Positions 37,341 through 50,700 of a DNA stretch of 64,000 nucleotides are shown here, piece by piece. Below the pieces are notes generated by a model. It was not told where the DNA came from and made no database searches. It saw only the letters and a program-made list of their open reading frames with translations. Position numbers and translations under genes: made by a program. Source of the stretch: Podarcis filfolensis (taxonomy: Eukaryota); NCBI GenBank assembly GCA_964270895.1, contig OZ185436.1; one strand, given 5' to 3'. Position 1 is the stretch's first letter, and every line of letters starts with the position of its first letter.

Positions 37341-40300
37341 CGAATAACTAACCAATAAAAGCAAACAATGAAATGGTCCTGAAATGGATTGCTAACAACA
37401 GAATCAAGTGGGGAGCCTGATGTACTGGCTCAGTTTGGATGATCATTTTTTTGCTTATTTAACAGACTCTTCTGCAAACAGGTATTCTCTTTGTCTCTTC
37501 CTTTGTGAAAACTAAAATTAAACCAGAAATTCTCCAATTAACCATAGTTTCCTACTTTGCCCATAATGAGCAGACCAATTCAAATAAATGGAATATTGAT
37601 TTCAATGGGTCTGTCCCAAGTATGACTTAGTGAGAATGCCACTCTATAGTTACAACTTCGGAACAAGTAAGGATCTTAAATGAGCTGAAGTTCTTGGGCT
37701 TGTTTCAAAGCTGGTAACAGATACACGAATACAATCTTGCAGATAGTAAATTAGTTTCACTTCAAAAAACTCAAATCTTTATTAGTTTATTGGACTTTTT
37801 TCTTTTACAAACTCTTGTAAATATAAGGAAGAACTCAAGTCCTTGAACAATATGGCAATACCTATTATTGTCTATTAATAGGCAGTTTAATATTTCAAAA
37901 TGTGACATGGGAAATTTATTGTATACTACTGTTCCTCATACACAGTCGAGAGCAACTAACATTTATAAAATACTTCATTAAAAATATACTTAAAACACTA
38001 TTTACTATAAAATACAATTTATGAAAATTGAGCAATACAGTTGAACAAGTTGAGCCACTCCTGCTATGATCCAAAGGGCAAAAATTGGTAGGACTTCAGC
38101 TATTTGCTTAATAAATATAAAATGTGGGGCAGTCAAATCTCGTACTGGGGAAAAGTTCCATAGATAGGGGAGTAAAGTTTCTATTGTTTTCAGTTACTTG
38201 ATTAATGAAGCCTAGACTTAAAGCAATGGCTTCAATTTGAAAAGCAATATATGCATTGATTTAACCAGATTACTCTCAGGAACCAGAGTATTTCTCTCTA
38301 ACAAGACTACACATATATCTCAAATCACAAATGCAACTCCAGAAATGCTGCTAAGGAGATAGTGCACCTGAATAATAGGTCAAAATTCTAGTTTGGGGGT
38401 TATGATTGAAGGGGGATCCTTCATAAATTGTAATTGGCTTTTAACAGTCTTATGCCATTTTAATCAGTGAATATCATACCAGGAAAAACAAAAGTGGGAG
38501 AAAATAATTGATTCTGTAGACATTCTCCCAAAGTTTTGAAATGCCCCTTAGAAAATAGATTCTTTTGTTTTAGTAATAAAAATAATTTATTTTGCTACAT
38601 TTCTATTTTTGACCGATATATTGTTCAATTAGTAACATATTGTGTTAATTTATTCAGTTCCACTAATTTTACAAAGTGCATCCATAGGCTAAATGTATCT
38701 CATTTTAAGAGCACTTATTTTCTAATTGCTTGAAACAAGGATTTGCTTATTTATTTTCTCCGCTTTCAACAAATCAAGTGATTCTAGGGTGGGTTACATC
38801 ACACACTCCATAAATAGTACAACTACTCTTCTCTTGAAATATTAGTGGCTTATTGCATTATTATAAACCTGGCTAAAGAAGTAAGGTTTTATACTTAAAG
38901 AGATATAGATCCAAGTGATATATATTTTTCGAAAACCAACAAAAGTGGGCAATTTTTATCAGTCAACCAATATACAGTCAACATAGGTAATCCCTTATAA
39001 GTTTTGCTCATTGGCCTTAAAGTCTAATAGATGTAATTCATAAGAATTCAGTTGCTTCAAATTGTTTTTAATGGTGTTTTTAATGTTGTAACCAGCCCCT
39101 GGACTTTACAGTGAAAGGCAGGTAAGGAAGGAGGAGTAGGAAGAAGAGGAGGAGGAGAAGGAATTGGAGTTACCTTAGTGATTCCTGTTAAACTCAGTGG
39201 GGCAAATATTCAAACACAGAAGCTACGATTTGGCACAATGAAATATATTACAATGTTGTAAAAGTTGGAACACTGGTATCAAGATGAATCAGAAATGTAT
39301 CAATCTGTTCTGCTTACTTTGGACAAGATTTTAAAACCAATATTATTTAAAGAGCTATTGAAAGAAAATTCAGGAACATTAATGACTTTGCTTTTCACAA
39401 GCAACGATAGATTTTCAACAACTAAGATATTACACAGGATCTTCATAAACTGCCTAATCAGAGTGACTGTGTTTAACAAATAAACCTCCAACAAATACAT
39501 AAAAGACTGTATTATAATCACTGGAGCTTAAACAATTTTATTATTAAAAATTTCTATGCCACCCTCATCTGAGGATTACAGATAATATAAAAACACAAAA
39601 ATAGACCCTATAGGTTCAAAATATAAAAGAAAAAAACCCCTCCCAAAAAAAAATAACCCCAAACATGTATCAATCTGTTATTGTTTTGTTACATTTCAAC
39701 AGATTTCTGGTTCAAAACACAAATTTTGCTATTAAGTTCAATAGGAGAGGTTCTAAATAATGCAGAGCGTTAAAGAAAATTATTTAGAATTGCTTTTGAA
39801 TATGGCTCTAAACAAGAAAACTGCAGCAGTGCTTGCCTTTAACTAGTAACATCACATGTTAAAATGAGATTGAAATAATGTAGAATAGTCTGAAAAAAGA
39901 AAGGGAATTTAGTAAATAAACTGCTGAAATAAACTGCTGAAATACAGTGAACTGCTGTTGTAATTGCTATTGCTTTGTTTTTCAAGAGAATTATCGAAAT
40001 ATCTTGGAATGTAAGAGTCACAGAACGCATCATAATAATGCTTACATTTACAAAAACAGAGACAAATGCTATCAACAAGTTTTACCATCATCCTTCAACT
40101 GTGGAAATATTTTGTTTTGCAGGATTAATTTCTTCTTCTCATACTCCAAGCGAAATACCCAAGTTTAAACAATTTGTAATTGTACTAAATTAAGCTGATT
40201 AACAAAGATTAGCACAAAAGACGATTACTTGTTAAATATATTATTTGCATTATACATAAGTAGAACTAGTGTTTATATTTAGGGGGTGTCATATCATAAG

Positions 40301-40848
40301 TGAGCAAGCTCTCTCTGTGGCTTTATTTCTCATATGGTACTCACTTTAATATTTTCAGCCTTGCCTAAGGCTGCAATTTGAACTAACTGAAGTCATAGGA
40401 AGAAAATCTTACTGAACTCAATGGGGAAAGGATCACTTTCAAAATCACTTTTGGAAATGGGCTGTATGTTAGTAATGGTCATACTCTGGCCTGAGCCTCA
40501 GGGCAGTTAAATAGATTTTGTCTGCATTACGCGACCCAACTCAAAACCTTTATTCACAGAATATACTACTGCTATCTAACACAACTAGACTTTTGCTTTA
40601 TCGGGGGTTTCAGCCAACCCAACACTTAAAAGTTTTTTTCAGGGTCAGACTCTGGAAAAATGAAATCCCGGGCAGTTTCTCATTTAAATATTGAACACAA
40701 CAAAATTTCCAACACTGTATAACTTGGGAAAGCAGTTTTGTAGCAGCACTGTTATATTATGAAAGAGTTCTAAAGGGAAGCACACCCAACAGAGCAAATT
40801 TTACATTTGACGTATTCTTGATATGGCCATGTTAAAAAGGTTACTGTT

Positions 40849-40869
40849 ACACACACACACACACACACA
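40849..40869. repeat. (AC)n microsatellite
   Basis: About 10 units. Confidence 0.95.
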
Positions 40870-42306
40870 TAAAAACAAGAAAACTGAAAAAGTGACTTGA
40901 TATATAGGATTATCACTTGTTGTGTTGCTCTACCTGTAAAAAAGGCAACATGCCACCATACAGAAGCCTGCTGCATTGCATAAAAAGAAATTCCTCCAGC
41001 TACCATTGTGACAAGCGGTATCGTATCATTGGAGAAAGCCACATACTTCTGAGTGAAGTAAAAATAATGGATCACAGGACATGTCTAAAAATAATAATCA
41101 ATTAATTATCTGGCTCCCCCAAAAGAGTTTTTTGGATGCATCAATCCAAAAAGAACACAATAAAAATTTTTTAGAAAAGATTTTTAATAGTGATTAATTG
41201 AATTTTAAAAAGCACCACAAAATGCCTCCCTTAAATGTTTCCCCACATTATTTTTGGAACAGAGATTACAAGGACAACCGACAAATTTCAGAAGAGGTGA
41301 ATAACCAACAATGTATGAGCTGGGTTTATATATTTTCTTTGTTATGTGAAGGAATATGCAGTTCTAAGTACTAAAATGAATTACTCTAAATATTTAGAAT
41401 ATTTCGGCATGTACAGCTGAAAATGTCAGACATCACTTTGCAATTAAAACCATTCTCTTTTATGCAACTAGCACAGATATTAGGCAATGCTTCCAACATC
41501 TCTGGGTGCTCATTTTAATAGGTATGCTTTGTTTTTCTTATTTGACAATAGACTAAATAAAGAGAAGGGTGCTTTGCGCACAGCAAATTAGAACATAAGG
41601 ATCACCTCAAAACGAGAACATCGAGAGCATGAAAATCAAGTAAAACTTTTTATTAGTTACAGAGCTGCCACTGAAGACAGCATAATTCTTACTACTTAAA
41701 ATTGCAGGCTATTGTTTTCAGTAGTACTTTACCGGTCAATAAGCCTGATGGATTTCAGAATCCCTCCCCAATAATATGTGGCACCAACACATGTTCTACA
41801 GTAACGGCCTTAATCACCTTTTATGAGCAATGGTGTCCCTTTTTGGAGATGAAAACATCTGTGGGTCACATAGAAAACAAAGTTAGGCTTCCAACAGAAC
41901 CTTATACTCTGCTCTGAAACTCTAGATGACAAAAGCTTTTAATCTTCATAGTTGGGATGACTGTAAAATATTTCCTAGTCACTGCTGGCTTCTAGGAAAA
42001 CTCTTGCATTGTAAAACTGCACACGTTCTCATACATAAGACAGACATCTCAATCTTCTGAGGTACAGAATGATTACACAGTTAATTTTTCAAGCTTTGCC
42101 AACAATCCAGTCTTATATGCCCACTGGCATATAAGCAGAAGACTACAGAGGCAAGCAACGACTCAATTTTCAGCAATAAAAAGTGTGAGAAGGGAACATT
42201 TAGTGAAACATCAGTAGTTGCTATTCAAAAAAGAAGAAGAAAGTTAGGGTAGATATTGAATTTCTGTGACTTCTGAATTTAGAATTGAAATTCTGATAGC
42301 AACGTT

Positions 42307-42310
<4 letters not shown>

Positions 42311-42347
<37 letters not shown>
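42311..42347. repeat. (CA)n microsatellite
   Basis: About 18 units. Confidence 0.98.
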
Positions 42348-42348
<1 letters not shown>

Positions 42349-44616
42349 ACAACCTTACTTGTTTACATTTAAAGCTCTTTTCCCTGATCTACAACTCTGG
42401 TGCACTTCAGTGTACTTTGAACTAGCATACAAGAGTAAGCTTCCCTAGTCACAAACAGCTCCATGTGCCAAAGATTCACACATGAAGGTGCTTACTTCAG
42501 TGAAGTAAACAGAAAATGTCTTGAGCTGATAGGCCCTTGGTTCACATCTTATTTCCTGTGTGCAGAAGCACCTGCTGCATTGAGGTCAATAAATATTCCA
42601 TACAATAATATCCCACATGTCTCCATTGCATGCCAAGTGGTGGTATCATGTCGCCCCTTTATTTTATCAGCTGCGCCAGCTGCCAGTTTGTTTCCGAGTA
42701 TAACTCAAGGCACTGGCAATCACATTTCAAGTCCTAAACATTTTGGGGCCAAGCTACTGGAAGATCAGCTGATGCGGTCCTCTTGTGTGTGCCACTGCCT
42801 TCTGAGACACAGGTAGAGGCAGTGTGTGGAAGGTCTTCCCTGTGGCAGACCCCATTATGTTAACGCCAGCCACAAGAAACTAGGTCATCTTCTTCGTGAT
42901 CTGTGTTCCATCAGTGTTTAAAGACATTTCTCTGAACACGGAGAACAATGTGCAGAAATGAACAGTTCATCAAGCTGTGCATATTGCCCTGTCAAACAAT
43001 GCTAGGGAATGTGCAGAGCCTGGTGGCATAAACAGAGTATTTCATACATTGCCCATTCACAAGGCACAGTCTACATTTAGACTCTACACACATTCACCAG
43101 TAACTGTGTGAAATTTTCAAAAGCATTACTATCATGGGGCTTATTTTTACTGGACTGCTTATGCTGCTGCTATGTGCACATTCTTGTATGAGGTGAAGAC
43201 ACACAATGGCTGGTGTTTTATGTAAATAGTTTAAATAAACACACTCATAACACACTCATAACAACTCCACCAGTTCACTTTTGCATGCAAGAAGTTCCAG
43301 GTTCAATAGTTGGCAACTCTTTTAATTTACCAGGAAGATGATGATTTGGGGGCGGGGGGCGGTGGAGACTAGATGGATCAATAGTCTGAGTAGGCATAAG
43401 GTAGTTTCATACAAGCATGTGAATTTCTCCTCAAATATGAACCTACCCATTTCTTTAGATAGTTCTGCAAGGTATTTCTTGAAGTCCTGTCACTACCACC
43501 AGAAGGTGGGTGGATACCAGAGATAGAACTTTTTCCATCATGGAACCCCACTCTTGGCATTCCCTTCTCAGTGAGGCTCATATAGCCCTGGTTTATTCAT
43601 GACGGTTTCACCTAAGACCTTTTTCCTTAAGAAAGACGAGCAAATTTCGCAGATAGGTAAAATAATAAAACAAAGCCTGAATAAAACAAACTCAATCCTA
43701 CGTACCTATTTCAACAGAGGGTAGCGGAACTCAAAGAAGTTTCTAAGTACAAGTGTGGCAGAGCTTGAAAGGATCAAGTTCAAGATGCTACATTGAGTTG
43801 CAGCAACACAAGTCCTTGTTTCAGAGTACTTCCGTGTGATGTACCTTAACATATTCAGTTAATCTTCATTATTCCAATTTAACATACTGGAAAAATGAGG
43901 ATGTGGTTTCAAATTACATTTTGTACAAAGAAACAATATTACTCAGCTTATGGGCCAATAAACCACACAGCGAGTGAATTGCACAGCATAGCATGTAAAG
44001 TTTGTTACTGTTGAGACGCCTAATTATTTTTCAGTCTATGCACACACCACCATGTAAGTTCTAACTTTAAATTCTTCTGACAACATGCCTTTGAAGTTTA
44101 TCCATTGCAAAAAAGGAGAGAGAGACAGAAGAAAGAAAAAAAGACAGTCTGACTTGCATCCAAGTGCAGAGATTCAGGCAATGGTGTGTGTTTCTTTTTT
44201 TCTTTTATAAAAAAAAAATATTGCGGCTTGCTTCTCCAATTTAAAACCTCACACAGCGTTGAAAATGCAAAGGCTCTATTAGAAATGTAATTCAAATTAA
44301 TGAAACACAAACATGGGGAAGACAAAAAATAACTTTAATGTGGGTTTTATAAAGCACCATTTTGACACTCTGGAAGAGAAACACATTATATAGCAACAGA
44401 GGGGAGAAAATGCAATCTATGTTAGTTCCCATATAAATCATCCACATACTGTACTGACACCAAGGGGAGAATATACAACTTAAACTATGTCCTAATTCAA
44501 TCCAGTACTGCTGTGTGCTACCATCAAAACATTAGAAAACCATATTATATATCCATGCATGCTTAGTTAATGAGAAAGTTAGGGGAGTGCAATGATTAAG
44601 AAGAAGCTGTAAGGAA

Positions 44617-44790
44617 GGAAACCTTGATTCAAACCTCATCTCAACCATGCACTCACTTGATTGCCTTAGGCAAGCCACCGTCTCAGGCTCCCCGCTGAAA
44701 CAGGGAAATAATAATACTGGCCACTATATAAAACTGCTGTGAGAATTTCTGAGAATCTAGGTGTACATTGCTTTGAATGTGTTACATAAA
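44617..44790 (+). mobile_element. MIR/CORE-type SINE relic
   Basis: gattcaaacc...ccttaggcaagccac...gggaaataataatactggcc...ctgctgtgagaatt follows the CORE-SINE layout. Confidence 0.6.
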
Positions 44791-47700
44791 CACAGAGTAT
44801 TGTAAGTATACATGCAAATGTACATAGGAAGGTTGCCATGGAAATGTCGTAGCTTCTTCAGACCTAAATTTTTTTCCCCACAGGCAAGATCTGCAATGCA
44901 CTAGGCTCCTGCACACCCAAGAGCATCTCCATTCACTGCAATGCTAGACAATGAAGTGCACATGCCTTTTCCTTGTACGTGTAAAGCTGCCCTTGACTTA
45001 AGAAAAGAATAAATTGTGAAGTCAATTTAATGACAGAGGAATAAATGGACAGAATGTGCTTATCTGAGGGTCGGCAGAGGTTTAGTGCATCATATGTATG
45101 CACAATTTCTTTTTCCAATTTATTATGCCTTCATTTCCCTGTAATTGCTTCAAAACAGGAATTCAAGGTTTCAAGAAAAGTGTAATGAAGTTTTTATATC
45201 TCATGGTTGGAAACAAAAGTCTTGAAAAATCACTGTATAAAAACAATAACTTAAGATGCACTAGTTTATCAGATTTAGGGGGGGGGGGATTGAGTTATAC
45301 ATAACAAATATAGAAAACAAAATTTTACTCCCAAACTGTCTTCCTGTTCTGACTTACTAACCAATAGGTCACAGTGTATATTTCATACTGAGGATATATA
45401 CCAGTTCCAAAATTAATCACACTGATTTTAAAGATGGAGTTAACTGTCCCCAAATGAAATCAATGAGACCCAGCTTTTGTGGGACTTGCACCCATAGTAA
45501 CCGCACTGGAGTCAGCCACAGTCAAAACATAATGCTTTTCATATGCCTATTTAAAAGTAACGGAGATGAAGCTGATATAAGCTGCCTTTCATCCAGAACT
45601 TCACCAGCCATATTAATGAAGTCCATGTTTACATAAGCAGATATTATGTGCATTAGTTTAATTCTGAGCACACTTTTAGCGTGCACCCGAAATGCAGGGG
45701 TAAAACTAAACAGGATTAATTCAGATGACCACCGATTTCCCGAATGCTAGGATTACGTTTAAATTCATATTAAACCTTTTAACCATTAAGACTTGCGGAA
45801 TGTAACGATGCACTTGTGAAGCAGGGTTTTAAAGGGGCTTAAGTACAGAGGTAAACTCTGGGATTACATTTAAAGTAAAATAAAAGGACAGAGCAAAGTG
45901 CATCCAAGCTAAACTTGCTATAAAATAATAAACATAAAGTGTTGAAAGAGGCTTACAGTGCACAGTACTGAGGAATGGAGAAGGGAGGGGGGAAGAGAGC
46001 TTGAGACTCAGCAATGAATCAACAGAAGTGCCTCTTTTTAACTACACCCCCCCTCCCCCCATTAGAGGCATTTTTCTAATTGACACTGAATTAGCATTTA
46101 CTATCCTACTGCACTCTATGTGGCAAACACTTTAATGGAAACCGCTTGATGGTTTTGGCTCATGGTAGAGGTGTAACAAACAAGATTTAGTGGGCAGAGG
46201 GAATGGCAGTGTCACACTGAACAGCACACTGGCTCTCTTCTCTTTACTCATATGGGGAGCTATGCATGGACTGCTTGCCCTTGACCAGTAAATGAGCACC
46301 TCTAAAACAATGAATTAATTATGCATTCCCCGTGAGTTTGGAGACTGTGCTTAATATGATTAGTGCTGCTGTCTACCCAACTTAAGTGTTGACGTGTATT
46401 TTAAAAACTGAAAGTGGGGTGGGATGTCTTCTGATACCCAGAACATTAATTCTGAAGTCTTCTTAGTGTCTGCATAATAAAAGTGGAGCCTTCTCACAAG
46501 TGCCATAAAGGAAACAGGTCAATATACATGCACATACTCTACTGGTACTGTCTGAGGTTGTTATTCTTCATTTTCATTGAAGACAAAAAGGGGAAAATGA
46601 AAGAAATAAAAAGATCCCTCCCCCCCCTTCTGCCCCCCAGCAAATGTATAACATTCCAGAACATTACAATAATGAAACCATAGAAAGCAGTTTCCTTAAT
46701 AACTTGCTCAATATTACCTTCTTCTTCTTACCCATAATAGTCTACCATATTTGACAAGCTAATTTTCAGCTTCCTTTTGCAAATATGCTCTTTTGTGTTT
46801 AAACAGTCAGCATTTTCACATTCTCTAGACATGCATAACAATATTTCAAAACTATTTTATTTATGCAATGGATTAAATAGTGCATATGTGCCATGGCAAT
46901 TTACCTAACAGTACTTAACAGTTTCACAGCCTACGAATCACCAAACTAATTTTACATGTCTATCAAGATGATTGTTTCTAATGTGCATTTCTTTGTAATA
47001 AATCTTAACTAAAATGGCTATTCATTTGTTGAAAGTAGCGGTAATGACTCATTGCAGAGGAGAAATAACTTTAAAAAATTAGACCAACACAAAAAACCCA
47101 ACTGGCAAATTTAGCATGAAAAGTAAGGAAAAAAATCTTTACAGTTGCTATGCCACAAAGGAACCCAAGTCTAAATGCAATTCATCCTGCTTCCTTTTGA
47201 AAGCCCATTTGCAATTTCTCACAATTCTTAGAGTAAACCCTTGCTGTTACCACACGATAAGATAAATTTGCAGTGTTGAACTACGTATTGATGAGAAAGA
47301 CAGTGTTGATTATAGCTCCTGGAAGACCACCCAGCTAGATAGCCGCATGCAATAACAATTTTTCCTCTTTGTCAACTAATAAGAGCTCATGGCAGGATAA
47401 AATTGACTGTTGAACACTGAATATAGTTGGGCATTTAAGGCTGGAATCTGTGCCTTTTGCAAGCTTAAAGGAACATATTCATGCTAGCTGTAGTCTGCTT
47501 CTATTTACCTTTAAAATAAATAATCTGCAACACCAGTCACTGTGAAATAATTCGGCTACAAAAACTAGTCATGCAATCTAAAGAACTTTTCTTTTGGAAG
47601 GCTTCTAATCAGGAAGGGGGCAGAAAGCAACTTACCTGCTGCTATGAGTTAGGGTGATGATTTCCATGCTAGAAACTCTAGTGTTTAGCAGAGATCTCCA

Positions 47701-50700
47701 CATTCCACAACAACGTATTTCACTTTACCACAATTACACCAGTGATAGTTCATGAAAAGCACTAGATACATTTATGAAAGGAAAAAGGCAACAGCTATTT
47801 CCAGTTACAGCCTGGACTGGCTTAAAGAATCCCATAACCTTCTTGGAGTCTTGGAGCAGATGACACAATAATGGCCCGCTATTTTTACTCGTTGATTTCC
47901 CTAAGTATTTTTTTTAAAAAAACCAACAACATTCAAATAGCTGCATGCTATTATTCTCTCTTCACGATACCTTGTTTCTCCCCTGCAAGACAGCCACTGA
48001 GCTCAGGGCAATAAAACATGCTGCGTTCATTGGAGAAAAGCTCTACCTCTCTTCTACAAAGTTGTTTTACTTTTACAGGAGGTGTTCAGAAGAAAGAGTA
48101 AGCCTATTTAGCCAGAACTATCAACAGCTATATAACATAAAAGATGAAGAAACCAGATTTCCTGACAATACCCAGTTTAAGTTGCTTCCTAAAGGACAGG
48201 GACAAGCAAAGGTAGCTATAGTAATGAGACTTATCCTCCATACTGGCAGGAATAAAATCTAGAAACACAGAAAATACATCACTGAAAACTCGAGTCAAAC
48301 ACCCACATGGTTCAACTTAATATGGACAGATTAAAGATATTTTGACTAGCTCTGCAGTTAAATTACATGCACCTGTTACAGCAGTATTAGTAGCACCTAG
48401 ACCTCACTGCAAAAAAAGAACATGCTGGTCTACAGACATTAAACCCATACAGATTGCATTTCAAATGCTTAGCTCTGGAACAGAGCAGATTTATGCATCA
48501 ATTTCACAGTTTCCTTGGGGTAAACCATTTACATAAAAATAATTCCACCTAATATACCATAAAAACAACATTTCTTAATTTAGACTCTTTACTACAAATT
48601 TGTATAATTAACTTTATGATCTGTGTAAAAAAGTGTTTTATCAGCCTCTTGTTTGCTTTATGTATCTGCAGTCTTTCCACAGCCAAGTTATATGAATTAA
48701 AAGAGAAAATTCCTGTTACCAGGCTTAATTTTAGATATCAATAAATTCAGTTATTTTATTCCCACACAGCTTTCTGGGCAGTCAAATAAAGTAATTAAAA
48801 TTGAAAAAAGCTAATATCACTGGTATTCCGCTTCAAATTTACTTCTCAAATCTATCTGTCATCAGTCATCTATACATAGCTTACTTGCTTTTGTAGAATT
48901 ATAGTCAAATACAGATATTTAGGGAAAAGGTATTGGTGGAAACCTACCCCTGCACCTAAATCTGTTCTGGCAGGTTTGGAGCACCCCCAAACAGATGGGG
49001 GGGTGCAGGATGAACAAGGAGGAGCTAGAGAAAGGAAGTCCAACTGTACAGGCAGAAGTACTTGCACTAACATAACAACTTCATCAATTACAACCCATAT
49101 TTGCTAACTTTATCTTTCTTAGTATGCCAACCAAAAAACCAACACAGCTAACTAAAGGGTCATTCAGGCCTATTCTGATGTTAACTTGTCTTGCTGCTGA
49201 CTGTATTATTTTAATGACTGAATTCTATTTTTTTTGTTTTATGTATTTTATCTGTAATGTATATTTTATTAAGTCTATTTTGTATGAAACACTTGTAAAC
49301 TACTTAGATATTTTTCCTGAAATGTAAAGTGGCATATAAGTTACTTAAATAAATACCTGAGGTTTAAAAATTAAACCTAAATAGAAAGTAAAATACATTA
49401 TTTAAAGTATAAAACACTAGAAAAATAAAAACATTTCTTGTGTAGCTGAAACCCTAGGCATTTTTGTCAATGCTGATCAGTTCCCACCACCCCAGCAAAA
49501 TAACGCAAGTTATGAGATCAAGAATTTGCTCAATGTGTGATTGCACAATTTAGTTCATTATGAACTTGCAGATAATAAGGATAACTCAGTTGCAAAAAGG
49601 GGAGGGGGGCTGGCTTGCATTAAAACAAATATCACTGAATAAAGGGAGGAAAGAAATACCCTATGGCTATGATTCAGATAAAGTTATTTGTGACTAAGAT
49701 CAATTAGTAAAGGATACATAAGCACAGCAGCTATCAATAATTTCTACCCACTCTTTTGTCAAAAGATTTTGAGCAACTGAATTAGTGTCTAAATACCCAC
49801 ACTCTTAATTTTGCATTTTCCCCTGGAGATCATACTAACAATCCCTTAATCTCAGATTGATTATAAGTGCTTCACCCTGCCACCCATATCTGGAAATCCC
49901 ACACTCCTTCAACCAGTCACAATTGCCAAGGAATCCTGCCCTCAGTCTACCCACTTACAACAACCACACCTGAACTTTTCACCAGGCAATGGAAGAGAAA
50001 GACATTAACAGGCCATCCCATATAATAGAGGGATATTTGCATGAGGTACTAGAATACTGAAGATGGAACAACAGGTCAGTTAAGAGTGAGAGAGACAAAA
50101 TATTTCCATGTCCTTTTCTTAAAACAAACCATTGCAAACAGTTCAGCAGCTGGAATTCAGATGCTACATTTATGATTATGTCTAGATTAAGAACACACAC
50201 TTTATTCCTCTAACCACCACAAACCAGTACAAGAAAGGACAGCATAATTCAACCACGTACAATACGTAAAATGTTAGGAGTCAAACTGATGATTTACTCT
50301 GAAGATGCTGCAAGACACATCTGGTAAAGGAAAAAAATACTTTTACTAAAGCGCTACTAACAGATGACCGTAGTCTATTAGATTTTTTCTGATAACTTTT
50401 ACATCTGCCATTAATTTTCACTTAGTTTTATCTGCTCTCCCAACCTGTATCCAATTTCACCTTGGCTTGCATTTTATTGCAATCCCAATGACAAACCCAT
50501 CAACCGAAAGCACCAATCATTGCTTAAGAAAGTATACAACTAGCAAGCGTATTGCTTTCCTTTACCTAGTACAAACACAGTAAGTTCAAATGATTTGCTC
50601 ACAATAACCTCAACGGGGTTTTAAAATGCTTCTCTTAAAACATTTAAATATGAGCTGCTTCTTAGAGTATATTGTCTATGCATGGTCCTGAGAAGGGTTG

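Noticed and set aside
39295-39679. 15-bp direct repeat ATGTATCAATCTGTT at 39295 and 39665, as a possible TSD
   Set aside because: The enclosed sequence is a mix of unique DNA and a reversed L2-like tail, not one coherent insert; chance is plausible in AT-rich DNA.
39947-40193. Several open frames including an ENYRN word reminiscent of KRAB-A
   Set aside because: The rest of the KRAB motif is absent; AT-rich chance frames.
42463-42816. 117-aa plus-strand ORF
   Set aside because: No recognisable domain, splice context or codon signal.
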